DNA from: Monocercomonoides exilis PA203
Lineage: Eukaryota; Protista; Preaxostyla
Direction: 5' to 3'
Length of the DNA stretch: 64,000 bases
Assembly (NCBI GenBank): GCA_001643675.2
Contig: LSRY02000003.1
Coordinates: 2,356,001-2,420,000, forward strand
Shown here: positions 25,721 to 39,389 of the stretch, piece after piece
Layout: each line of letters begins with the position of its first letter
Numbering within the stretch: the first letter of the stretch is position 1
Position numbers and translations under genes: made by a program
The notes under the pieces: model-generated
Told to the model about the DNA's origin: nothing
The model's database searches: none
Seen by the model: the letters and a program-made list of their open reading frames with translations, nothing else

Positions 25721-28700
25721 TTTTTTTTTTTTTGTCATTGTTGAATCTTTATCCAAATTCAACAAGCACTGCAAATTACATGGATGATCTTTTTTAATAA
25801 TAGAATTCATTTAAAGCATACCTCTGTAACATGACAAGAGAAAATTGAAAAAATGACAAAATGACTGACAAGATATTTAGTACTTGTCAAAAAGGGTTAT
25901 TTATAACGATTTCATAATTCTTAATTACAATAATAATAAATTTGAAAATCTTCATGAAATAATTCTTATTATTTTGAAAAAATAAAAATTAAAAAAAAAT
26001 GATCAAGTTCCCAGTATTTATTTTATTTGACACGAAATGTCAGTTGAGGAATATTTTTGTCATAATTTGTCATTGACTGTCACTGACGGTCACTGACAAA
26101 AGAGAAAAAACAACAAGATATTACAGATGCTATCAACAAATCTTTTCAATAGTGCTTTGAAAAGTCTTTAGAAGTTTTAGCAATTGAATATTTTATATTA
26201 ATTCAAAAAATTTTTTTATTTTTTTTCATTTTTTTTCATTTTTTTTCATTTTTTTTCATTTTTTTCATTTTTTTTTCATTTTTTTTTTTTCATTTTTTAT
26301 TTTTTTGTGACAGACGAGGCTTCAAGTTATTTTGTCAGGTCACAGAGGTATAATTGAATCATAACTGTTCACAATTGCATTGAGTTGTGTGTAATTTTTG
26401 TGACGATGTCCGATTGTGATTTCATTCGATGGTGTTTCACAAAGAAAAAAATGGAAAGATGAATAAATTTATAAATAGAATAAGTGCTCGATTTTCAATT
26501 GTCAGAACAAATCTGATTGAAAAGAAATAACGTTTTGACTTTTTTCCCCACATTTTTGAAACACATGTGGGACAAAATATTTGACTTCAGGCATTTTCAT
26601 TAAAAAATTATGCATCTTGGATGATCTTTTTGTGATCAAATGATTTGAAGAAAATGGGTTTATTTTTGAAATACATGTGAGGTCACAAAACATTTTGTAA
26701 TTTTTTCGATGATGTTTGTTTTCAGATATGAAAATCAGATTTATTTTGAAATCTGGTTAAGTTAAAAAATGTTATAAGAGAAACAATTTTTCAAACTCTG
26801 TGCATAAAAAGCTTGAAAGTCCATATTTTCCCCATGTATTTTGAAAGTTTTGATCAGAAAATCGATTGTTCAAAGAAAACTCTCACATACAACATGTTTG
26901 ATTCGATAAAGAATATCAAATTTTGTTATTCAATTCACTGAAAAAAGATGAAAAAACACACAATGTTTGTTCCAAGAGAAATAAAATTATGAAAGATACA
27001 GATAACATCACGCAATGGAATAACATGCAATCACTGAATCAATTTTGTTCCAAGAATTAGTTGGAAAAAATGATGTTGTGGATATTTTTTTGAACGAACT
27101 TAAATCAAAACTGTGCAACTGGATCTTCTCAACAAAGAAATTGGAAATCCAAAATATCATTGAATATTTTTCCATTGTTTCTTTCAATGAGTCAGAAAAT
27201 CATTTGTTGTAATGAATTCCAAAAAAACGTTTTGTTCTGTTTATATTTTGAAATTTCTGGGTTATTATTTTTGAAATCAAAAATCTTTTGTGTTGTTCAT
27301 TATTTCAAAGTTTCAAGTTGTTGATTGATGAATTTTCATCGGAATGTCTCAAACTTTGAAATTATTCTTATTTCATTCATCTTCCATTAAAGAAAAACAA
27401 CGAAGAATGTTTGTTTCATCGACAATTCATTTTTTAACGAAATTGAAACTATTCAGATAATTGTTCAATTCGAAAATTGGCACAAAAGAAACATGAAATC
27501 AAAAATCATCACCCATTCCAAGAATGAATAACATTTGGTGAACCAAACATTTCACTAGACTGTTTTTGATTCAATTTTGTTTCACTATTCTTCATCTTTT
27601 GAGTTGCTATCATTGATTTTCTGATGAATGAATTCATTATCAATTTGAATATTGAAGAGTTTTCGCCATTCTTTCAGAATGCTTTTTTTTTTCAATTTCA
27701 TTTCATTCGAAAAACTTAAGAGAAATAGAGAAATTGGATAATTTGAAAAAAAAAATTGATTATATTTAACTTCAAGCAAATACAGAACTTTGTTTTTAAT
27801 TCGTTTCAAAATAAGAAATTAATAAATGTTTAAAACAATCAATTATTAATTTTCTGGTTTTTAAAAAATAATGATAATTAAGGAATTTGAAGAACATAAC
27901 AAAAGAAGGACATTCACCAATATTATAGGTTTTTTTCCATTTTAAAAAATGATCTTTCGGAAAACAAAACAGACGATAGCTTGACAATAAATGCGGTTAA
28001 AATTAAAAATTTTTTATTTCTTTGTTGGAATAGAAAGGATGATAATTCTAAACTGATTTGACAAAAAGTGAAATTTTAAAAAAATGAATATTTTCCATCA
28101 ATGATATTTCTTTGAATATTGTTTGTGAAAAAATAATTTGTAACTTTAACATTAAATACAAATTATTGTTGTTGAATATATTCATCTTGAGCAATTTTCA
28201 TATTTCTTAGTATATTTTCGATATTTATCTTTAGAAATATTTAATCTCTCCTCACCCTTCCCTCTCCATCCGCTCAACTCTCTTTCTTCCCTTCCCTCAA
28301 CAGTCCATCCACCTCTCTCTGCCTTCAACACCTCTTTTTTTCACCAAACACGTTCTTCATCAAATGCTGCTGTGGTTCATATTGGAACTGAATCTCAAAG
28401 AGCGAAACCTGGAAGATTGACTTCGTTTGATGTGAATAACCATCGCTTCGAATGGTGCGAATGGGAAAATTCAAATAGCGGAAGTAGTCATGGTGGTGCG
28501 CTTTATGTTAATTGCTTGAATGCAAATCTCAAAATCACTTCTTGCTCATTCAACGAATGTTACTGCACTGGAGATGGTCAAGGTGGTGCGTTATGTTGTG
28601 GAAATTTGTTAAATATCAACATTGCAAAATCCAATTTCACAGGCTGCTCGGCCAGACATGGAGGAGCAGTGCACACTTATCATCCACAATCTTATTCCAT

Positions 28701-30541
28701 CTATCATATTTCGGAAAACAAAGTGGAAAGTTGTTCAATAACTGATTGGTGCGGAACTGGCTGGTATTTCTGGCTCGAAAATATGACTTCAACTTGCCAA
28801 TTTTTGTTTTCTAAATGCAAGTGCATCGCAAATTCTGGCAACGACTCAACCGGCTCTCTCACGTTTCATTGGCCTCCACAAAATAAACCAAGCCAATTTT
28901 TGGTTAACGACTGCCAGTTTATAAATAACAATCTGACTGCTTCTTCCACATATGGAGGAGCTGGACTGTGTTGCACAAACACCTTCACTTGGATGAGTGG
29001 AGTAAAATTCATCGCATTCTGTTTCTTCGATGGCAACACTGCGACGAATGGCAGGGGGAATGATGTGTTCTTTTACGGAAGCAACATCACTCAATCCCCA
29101 TTCGAGAATTGTGGCTCAACAACCCCAACAAAAAGAGTGTGGAATAACAATACAGCTGACAATGCAGTGTATAATGGCTGGCTTCCGATCATCAACCAGA
29201 ACAAAATAGTCTCAAATGGTGGAACTGATGCTGATGCCTGTGGCAAAACACAGCAAAGCCCATGTGCCACGGTGGAGTATGCTCTCGGATGCGTTGCTCC
29301 CTTCAGCGATGCCTCTCTCTCTCTTCTCGTCTCCACTTTCACTCCCACAAACACTCTCACATTTCGTGCCCCAAATACAAGAATCACTTGAAAAGATGTA
29401 TTTTTTCATGTTCTCATCAGAATTTCTTCCATTTTCCATATCATTGAAAATTTCTTAAGCTGTCATCTTCTTTTCACCAGTAGTTTAATTTTTTTCAAAA
29501 TCCTAAATATCATCTCAGATAAAAGTATTTCTTTGTCATTTTAAATTTGATTTCGCTTCTTCATCAAATGAAAATAAAACTCTCTGCTTTAAAGAATCAT
29601 CTATTTCTTCTCTTCAAAAAGGATTTCTTCAATAGTATCTGATGATTTTTCAAAAATATCTGTTTCTCTTATAATTCTTATTCCAACATGCTTGTATCCA
29701 ATTAGCGCTAGAAGCTCATATAATTTCTCTTCACTTAAGCCTTTTCCTCAAAATTGCTTTTCTTCATCGTTTCATTTGCAAAAATTCGCTGTGGTTTTGA
29801 TGTTGTGAAATCTCTGGAAGATAAACCATATTATAATTTGTTCCAAAATACGTCTTCTACCCTGCTCCTTCTGTTTTCTGTGAATTCTTTCAATCAAAAA
29901 ACGAAAAGGCCAGAATTGATTCAGTTGTTGATAACGTGCAAACTTTTCTTTGCTTTGTGCAGAATCGCTTCCGTCGTAATATAATTTCTGCTGTCATTCA
30001 ATGATAGAATGAATATAACTTTTTATGCTTTTAAATAAAAAGGAAAGAAAATATTTGACGCAGAATTCGAGGAGAATTGAATGAAATGAAAAAACTCAAC
30101 ATTATTTTTGACATTCATCAAAGAAGGCGTTGAAGAACATTTGAATGAAAAGACGGCTTTTTTCTCATCAGAATAATGAATGAAACATGAAATGAAGGTG
30201 TATTCGGTGAATGGATGCTGAGAGGAAGAATTGTGAATGAAACGTTTTTTGGATCACATGGAGGCTCTGCCTAATTGAATTGCATGAATGAATCAGAAGG
30301 TTGATGCTCTGACCCAGCAGGAAGTGATAGGATCAACAAATTTGAAGCAGAAAATATTGAGAGGAAGAAGATGGTGAAAAAGAATGTGAAGAGGAAGGTG
30401 AAGAGGAAGGAAAAGAAGAAGAAGGAGACGAAGAAATAGAAGAAGAAGAAGAAGAAGAAGAAGAAGAAGAAGAAGAAGAAGAAGAAGAAGAAGAAGAAGA
30501 AGAAGAAGAAGAAGAAGAAGAAGAAGAAGAAGATGATGATG

Positions 30542-30573
<32 letters not shown>

Positions 30574-32070
30574 GATGAATAAGAATAAGAATAAGAAGAA
30601 GAAGGTGAAGACGAAGTTGCTATTGGAGTTGAAGGAGTTGAAGAAGAAGAAAAAGAAGAAGAAAAAGAAGACGACGACGACGACGAACGAATCAAATACG
30701 TTGATTGAAGGTCGAGATTTGCTGAGGAGAATGATAACAAATAAAAACAGAGATTTTCGATGAAATTTCTGTTTTTTTTTTTCCTCTTTTATTTTTGCGT
30801 GCTCTTCTGACAAATAAGATCCTCCACCTTATCTTTCTATGTCCACTCAACCATCTTCCTCCACACCCACAACCCCATCGATGGTGCTATCCTCCCAAAC
30901 CTCAACAGCCCATCCACATCCCTCTCTGCCTTCAACACCTCTTTCCTCCATCAAACACGTTCTTTATCAAATGCTGCAGAGGTGCATGTGGGAACTGAAA
31001 CCGACAGAAAGAGACCAGGTAGATTGACTTCGTTTGATGAGAACAGCCATAAATTTGAATGGTGCGAATGGAATGGTTCAAATGGTGGGTCATCGCCAGG
31101 AGGTGCACTTTGTGTTACTTGTATTAATGCCAATCTCACAATCACTTCCTGTTCATTTTTCAATTGTTCAACCAATGATCATGGTGGAGCGTTGAATTGT
31201 CACAGTTTGTTAAAAATAGATCTCATAAAATCCAATTTCACAAGATGTTCGGCTGCTTATGGAGGAGCTGCTTGCATAGCATATCCACAATCCAATTCTG
31301 TTTATTCATTCTCAGAGAACAGTGTGGAAAGTTGTTCAATAACAAGCAGCATTGGAACTGGTTGGTATTTTGCTCTTGGAAATGATTATACAAATTTTCA
31401 TTTCGTGTTTTCCAAATGCAAGTGCATCGCAAATTCTGGTGGTGATGCTGCAGGTGCTGTAACATTTAACTGGCCTCCTCAGATAAAACCAAGTCAGTTT
31501 TCGATCAATGACTGCCAATTTGTAAATAATGAATTGACGTCAACTTCATCTACACGCGGCGGAGCTGCCATCTATTTGGATGCAACCTTCACTTGGATGA
31601 ATGAAATAAGATTCATAACTTTCTGCTTTTTCAATGGCAACACTGCCAAAAATGGCAGAGGAAACGATGTGTTCTTCAATGGCAGCAGCATCACCCAATC
31701 TCCATTCCAGCAATGCGGTTCAACAACCCAAGCAAAAAGAGTGTGGAATGCAGGAACAGCTGACAATGTTGAGTTCAACAGATGGCTCCCTCTCGTCACA
31801 ACATTCAAAATCGTGTCAAATAATGGGACAAACACCGATCTCTGCGGAATCACACAACTCAGTCCATGCAAAACAATCGAATTCGCTCTTGTTCGCATGA
31901 CAGATCCCCAAGACGCCTCTCTCACCCTCCTCACCTCAATATTTGCTCCAACTCAAACACTAACCTTCAGCGCGGTTGACACTAAAATCACTGGAAATGG
32001 CACAACTGCCACCACCATCGCCTCCAGTGGCATTCCCCAACCACCAATCTCATATTCACAGTCATCACAA
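25721..32070. repeat. Right arm of giant palindrome (near-identical part)
   Basis: Reverse complement of ~18755-25226. Confidence 0.95.
28247..29391 (+). pseudogene. Cassette E (identical protein to D)
   Basis: ORF 28372-29391 translation is identical to 21541-22560. Confidence 0.75.
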
Positions 32071-32934
32071 TCAACATCATCAAATTCATCATATTCATCA
32101 TTTTCATCTGCATCTTCTTCACCAGATCCATCTGCCTCGTCTGCCCTCTTCCAACAGACCCAGGGCTCCCTCACAGTCTCTGCCCTCGCCATTGCCCACA
32201 ACTCCTCAAACCAAATCACCCCCATCCTCTTCCACCTCTCCCAAAACTCCCCTTCCCTCAACCTCAACACAACCACCATCACCGGAACAACCTCCATAAC
32301 AATAAAAACTCCCCTCTTCTTCCTCACTGCTGGCTCCCTCGCCCTCAACCACACAGCAATCACCAGTCTCACCCTCAACAGCCAGAGCATCTTCCACCTC
32401 ACCTCCCTCACCGCTCCCCTCACCCTCAACTCCTCCAACATCACTCACATCACCTCCACTACCACCTCCACCAGCTGTGTCCTCTCCTCTGCCACCTCCC
32501 CTGCCCTCTCCCTCTCCCTCGCCAACTGCACCATCACCAGTATCAACTCAGAACAGTTGAGCCAACAGACTGCCACCAATGGCGGATGCATCTCATTCGC
32601 CTCATCTGCCTCTGCCAACTCGTTTTCTGTGAGTGACACAGCCTTCTCCACCTGCTCTGTGAGCGAGGATACAAGTTCTGGAGGAAGAGGCGGCGCTCTC
32701 ATGATCGAGTACAACGATGATTCAGAAGTGTCATCCACAACCTTTTCCATCACCAATATCATGTTTTCTGCCAACAAGGCCTGTGTCGGAAGAGATGTGT
32801 ATTTTGTGTGTGAATCATTTGTCGCTTCTGTGAACGAGTCTTCCTTCGCCTTCATGATAAGCATCACTGAAAATGACAACTCGATTGTTGGACATAACAG
32901 AACAGAAGCATTCGGTGATTGGAATGTCGATTAA
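30835..32934 (+). pseudogene. Cassette F (long form; palindromic partner of C)
   Basis: 650-aa ORF, upstream frame closed by TGA with no ATG. Premature TAA after 'GDWNVD'. Confidence 0.75.
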
Positions 32935-35900
32935 TAAATCTTTATCAACTGGCATACAGCTAACAATGAATGCGTGGATGGTCATCTTGGCATCAAAGCA
33001 ATGAATTGCTGGCTATCAAAGATGTCCTGCAAGAGCACACACAATGCGATGTGTCTTCCGAAGAAGGTGCAGATCATAAGGCGGAAATCATTTCATCAGC
33101 TGACTTGTCGGTGAAAATATGTGCAAAAGAAGGCAAAGTCGAAGAAAGTTGGGGAGATGGCACACAAAATTGAAGAAAACATCTCACATGTGCATTTGAT
33201 AAAATCAACATTGCTTGTCGGGCATTTATTCTCTTCTTTCATAGAATTTTCTGTTAAATATGCCTTTTCAAATAAATATGTTTCCCTCATCGTTTCATCT
33301 TCTGCGACTTTTTGAAGGCATGTGGCCTTGCGAAATCTCTCGAAAACCATCCTTGCAACTGTTTGTTCAAAGAAATCTTTTCCAATCTTGTTCCTTCTTC
33401 TTCCTGTAATTCTTTCAATCTCAAAATAAATAATGCAGAGGCAACCTTCATGGATTGTGTGCCCGATGATCTGCTATTCTTGATTTGACATTGAACCATT
33501 TCCGTTGACATATAATTTATACAGATATTCCGTTATAAAATGAATATTTCTTTCGTCTTTCTGAGTAAGAATGAAAGATGACACTTGGCCCTGAATTTGA
33601 CAGGAGCTGAATGAAATGGAAATGACAATTTTTTGTTGTTCACTGAAGAAGGCGTTGAAGAAGAAAAGAAGGATCACAAATTTTGAAATGAAGATAGATG
33701 CTGTGTGAATGTGCGAACGAATGAGGAAGAATGAAATTGAAGTTGAAGAAGGAGATGAAAGAGAAGCAGCAGAAGAAGCAATATTTGACTGAAGAAGATT
33801 TTGTGTGTTTTTGGCTATGCTGTTCATAACAGGTGTGCTTGTCGCTGAATGAGCAAGTGAATTGCGAGAAGGCGAATTTTGTGTTTGTAAACCGAAAAAT
33901 GAGGAAAATGGTTGATTGAATGAAAGGGGATTATCAGAAGAAGAAGAAGAAGACGAAGACGAAGAAGAAGATGCAGTTGAGAAATGCGAAATCAGTTGAA
34001 CAACATTTATGATGTTGAGAATAATTTGTATGAAATTGTTGATTGGCCAAAACGGCTCGCTTGCTGTATAAGCTTCAGATTGGTTAGAAAAACTCAATCA
34101 CAAAATTTGTGAAGAACAGATTGTGGAAGTCAATAAAACTGAATATTTCCAAAGTCATTTTCCCTCTTTTTGCAATTTCCCCTCCATTCCCCTCAAAAAT
34201 AGAAAATGTTGATTTTTCTCAATTTCCTTTCCTTTCTATTTTTCCTCTTCCATTCAACCCCCAAAATCATCAGAAAATATCAATCCCCTCCTTTTCTTCA
34301 TATTTCGCAGTCTCTTCCAAAAAATCTTCTCCTCTCATTAAAAAAACACCCCTCTTCCACTTGAACACTTCTCATTTTCCCTCTTCTTTCAAGCTTTTAC
34401 CCTCTTTTCCTTCTCTTCCAAATTCCATTTCTCCAATTTGTCTCAAATATCTTCCTCACCATCCTCAGCCACTTCTCTACATATTTACTATATTATCTTC
34501 TCCAAATCTCCACCCACTCTTCCCCACCCCTCTGTCTCCAAATTTCAATCAATCAAAAACCCCTCTCAAAATATAAACATTCCGTAAAACACTCAACTCC
34601 CACCCCCTGCCGCAAAAATTAAACTTCCATCTCTTCTCTGCACCATATCCCTCATGTGCAGGGCGTTGATGAGATAAACCTCAAATATTGATTTGGGAAT
34701 TTGAGAATATTATTAAAGGAGATGATCATGCCAAAAACAGAAAAAACACCTCTGGACATCCACCACACAACAGATGGGCTGAGAAGACCCTCCAGTGAGA
34801 TACACGATATATTTTGTGGAGACGCGTTCCGTGCTGCAATTTGACCATTCTGAGACTGAAATAAAGAGATTGATTTATTTTGTGAATGATGATGGCTGTG
34901 GAAATGAAGCTGTTTGGCGAAAAACAGTCGAAGTTCAGTTTGGTCTTTATTTATTTTTCTATATAAAAAATTTATTTGTTGAATGTTTTTGTGTTTCTTT
35001 CAGGGCAGGAAGCGGAAATGAATGAAAATGAATGAAATGTTTATATCTCGTTGTGCAGGGTGACTATGGAGTTGGGTGAGCGAATTCATATGGAAAGTGC
35101 CCAGGGCGAAGGGATTGGGAAGGGAATTGGAGATGATATTTTCAGACGAAAAACGGGATATTTTTCAATGATGAGGATGGAATTTGAGCAGAATGCATAA
35201 ATCTCACATTTTTCAGCAGAGCAATAAATCGATGCATTTGATGGAGAAATGACTGATGAAAAGGATGATTTGCGAATCAGATGATGAAACACTTGATAAA
35301 GGAAGGAATAATGAATTTTTATTGGAGGGAAACAGTTGCCTAGGGGGAAAAGGTTGGAAAATACTTATAGAAATGGTAAGAAGGTTTGTTGTCGTAATAT
35401 TTTTGAAGTAATTATTAATTTTTTCATTCAGGATGTTGAAACAGCGAGGGATTAGCTGGCTTTGAAGAATAAAAAGAAAAGTTGGGGAAAAAAAATAAAG
35501 ACGGACAGATGAAATTCAAGATATTTTGAAGAAGCCTGGCGTTAGGCATTGGCAAAGAATTATTTTTGAGGAAAGAAGATTTTTTTGTGAAAAAAGGGAA
35601 GTGAAAGAAGAAGGCATGGAATGAAAAAGGGATCGCTCAATATTTCATATTTTTTGTTGGAGAGAGAGAAAGAATCAAATTGAAATTGTTATGAATTCAA
35701 AGGATATTATTTGCCAGAAGAAGACAAAATCCTGAAGAAGAGAATTTAAATGAATTTCTACGTTGATATTTATTGGCTCTCATCTTCTCAATTTTCAACA
35801 ATTAATAATCTCTTTCAATCCATTCATCATCATCATCTTCTTCTTCTTCTTCTTCAGATACATCATCGACATTTCGCACAACTTCTTCTTCTTTATCGTC

Positions 35901-36355
35901 TTTCACTTCATTTGATTGGATTTCTTCGAATTCTGCGTTTGCATCAGAAATACAGATAAAAATGAAAAGGAAACAAGGAAATGTATTGATGAAGGAAAAA
36001 ATAACAAATAAAAATAAGAAAAAGAAAGAGAAAGAAATTCTTGATCTCGGATACATGCTTGATGGAAATGAGATTGAGAGGGTTGAAGAGATTTTTGGAA
36101 GAAAGGAAGAATAATAGGAAGAAGATGAGAGAAGAAATGGCAACTTACACAAAGAAAAGTGAATGGATAAACAGAGGATAAATTTGAATGAAGAAATAGC
36201 AAATAGGGGTAAATGACTAAATGCAGAAGAAATCAAAAGTTTTGAATAAATGAGTCAAAGAAGGAATGAGAGAAGAGGAGAAAATAGAGAAAGCAAAAAT
36301 ACTTGGAAGAGAGAAGAAATATGAAGAGGCATTTTATTGGAAAAGCTAGAATTGG

Positions 36356-37300
36356 TCATTTTTTCTCAGCGTTATCAGCTTTATTTTTATTCCACACTCT
36401 TTTTGTTGGGGTTGTTGATCCACAATTTCTAAATGGGGATTGAGTGATGTTGCTTCCGTAAAAGAACACATCGTTTCCTCTTCCGTTTTTGGCAGTGTTG
36501 CCATCGAAGAAACAGAAAGTGATGAATTTATTTCCACTCATCCAGGAATAAGTGACATCCAAATAGATGGCAGCGCCCCCATAAGAAGAAGAAGCAGTCA
36601 GATTGTTATTGATGAACTTACAATCATTTATTAAAAATTGGTTTGGTTTGTTAGCTGGTGGATCATTAAATGTGAGAGAGCCGGTTGAATCACCACCAGA
36701 ATTTGAGATGCACTTGCATTTTGTGAACAGGAATTGAGCATTTGATGGCATATTATATACATGAAAATACCAACCAGTTCCGCACCAGTTTGTTATTGAA
36801 CAGCTTTCCGCTCGGTTTTCTGAGAATGTCCAAACAGAATTTGATTGTGGATTCCATGAAGTGACCGCTCCTCCATATTTAGCTGAACAACTTGTGAAAT
36901 TGGACTGCATGATGGTTAACTTCAACGAACGATTGCAAAACAATGCTCCGCCATCCCAATTGCATGAGCAATTGTTGAATGAACACGATATGATTGCAAG
37001 ATTAGCATTTGCACAATCCACATAAAGTGCTCCTCCTCGATCTGGTCCACCAGTTGTGTTTTCCCATTCACACCATTCGAAGCGATGGCTGTTTAAATCG
37101 AATGAAATCAATCTTCCAAGTTTCACTCTTTGAGATTCAGATCCGACATGTACAACAGCAGCATTTTGTGAAGAGCGTGTTTGGTGGAGAAAAGAGGTGT
37201 TGAAGGCAGAGAGAGAGGTGGCAGGGCTGTTGAGGTTGGGGAGGATGGCGCCATCAATGGGGTTGTGAATGAGGAGGAAGATGGTTGAGTGGATGGAGAG
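36356..37300 (-). pseudogene. Cassette G (variable domain only)
   Basis: 256-aa ORF plus conserved 5' block. Ends 'RVWNKNKADNAEKK*'. Confidence 0.75.
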
Positions 37301-39389
37301 GGAGGAATTGGAGGATTTTGTTCATAAGAACATACGAAAATGGAAGAAGAAAAAATGATTTCAACGAAACACTCAGTTTTTGTTTGTCTTCATTTATCTT
37401 CACATTTCTCAGTCTTCAATCAACTCATCAATTCATTCATTTTCATACTCGTCATCTTCTTGTTTTTTTATACTCTTCCTCTTCGTATTTTTCGAATTAT
37501 TCTTCACCTTCTTCTTCTTCCTCTTCCTCTTCTTCTTCTTCTTCTTCTTCTTCTTCTTCTTCTTCTTCTTCTTCTTCTTCTTCTTCAAAATGATAATCTT
37601 CTTTCAACTCCACCTCATCCATATCAAAATCAACTCCATTTCAATTCTTCTTATCTTCATCTTTTTATGAATTCCAAAATAAGCCAATGAGAACATTCAC
37701 ATTCAGAGAAATGCAATCTGAAAGCTTCTATAACTCCGACAGACACATTCTGCACACAACACTCCTTCTCCTTCTTTTTCATTTTCTTCATTTTCTTCGT
37801 CTTTATCATCTGATTTATCACCATCAACCTCAAAACATGCAATACAATCTTCTTCTGCATCATATTCTGACCCTTCCTCCAATTTTTTTCTTCTCCGCCT
37901 TCTTCTTCGACTTCGCCTTTATCGTCATTATCATCATCATCTTCTTCTTCTGCATGGTATACTTCCCCTTCCTCCAATTTTTTCTTTATCTTCTTTTTCT
38001 TCTGCTGCTGCTTCATCTTCGCATTCATCTTCACTTCCATCTTCTTTTGATGCTTTTTGTATTTTCAGAGCCAACAGACAAACATGATTGTTTTTTGTTT
38101 TTGAAGAGAAAGGCAATGAAACCACACAAAGTTTGCAAATGAAGTGAGGATGTCAGTTTTCATTGACGAATAAATGCTAATTGGCCAATATAATTTGTGA
38201 TTGGGGTTTAACATTCCTTTCGAAGTCAACTTATCAAATGTGACATTAAACCAACTGACAACATCAAACAAGTTATTTTCATCATCTTCTTCAGAAATGT
38301 TATTTGACTGATTATTCGTCTTTCAATAATTTCTTCTCATGTTCTTTGTATTCTTCAAATTCTTCAACTTCTTCTACATTTTATTCTTTCCCACAAACTG
38401 TGCCATCTTCAACTTCACCATTTTCTTCTTCTTCAGATCCTTCAATGCCGTTTTCACTCATTTAACATTGGATCGGAATATCAGCCTTCTGATGCATTTA
38501 AGCTGTACAATCGGAATCGCAGACAATTTGTACATAGCATGTCTTCATTCACATTTCTTCCTCTCAACGTCCATTCACCAAATATGCTTTCATTTCATTT
38601 TTCATTCACAATTTTGATGATGAAAAAAAAGATTTCTTCACAAATTCATTCATTTCATTCAAATCAACTTCTTCTTCGATTTCTTCAACGATCAACAAAA
38701 ATGATACTGTTTTTTTCATTTCATTCAAATTCTCCTCGAATTCTGCGTCGAATGTTTTCTTTCCTTTTTATTGAAAAGCATAAAAAGTTATATTCATTCT
38801 GTCATAGAATAGCAGCAGAAATTGTATTACGACGGAGGTGATTCTCCACAAAGCAAAGAAAAGTCTGCGCGTTATCAACAACTGAATCAATTCTGGCTTT
38901 TTCATTTGGAAGCTGAAGCATTTGAAGAGAAAAGAAAAAGTATTCAAGCTATTTTTGTTTGGAATGGCTGGGTTCCTAAATAGCCTTCGGCAGATTTCGT
39001 AGGCAAGAAGCAATAGCGAATTGCGGAAAGTGAAATGAAGAGGAAAAGGAATTTAGAGGGAAAGGCATATTTGAAGAGAAATTATATGAGACAGTTGAGT
39101 GAATCGGACACGAACAAGTCGAAATATGAAAGCTGATGAAAATATTATAATTGAGAAACCTTCGAATATGATTGAAGAAATGCTATTTGAGGGATGAAAT
39201 AGATGATTCTTTAAAGCAGAGAGTTTTATTTTCATTTGATGGAGAAGAAAAATAAAATGGAAAATGTCGAAGAAATGATATAATATGTGCAGATTTTGGG
39301 CTCCATGAAAGACAAGTGATTATATGTACTCCAGTTGAAAAGAAGATGACAGCTTAAGAAATTTTCAATGATATGGAAAATGAAAAAAT

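Noticed and set aside
30805-30830. Conserved splice acceptor supplying a missing 5' exon
   Set aside because: An AG precedes 'atcctcc' in B, C/F and K but is absent in G, I and J, and no upstream exon is evident. Not fully excluded without RNA data.
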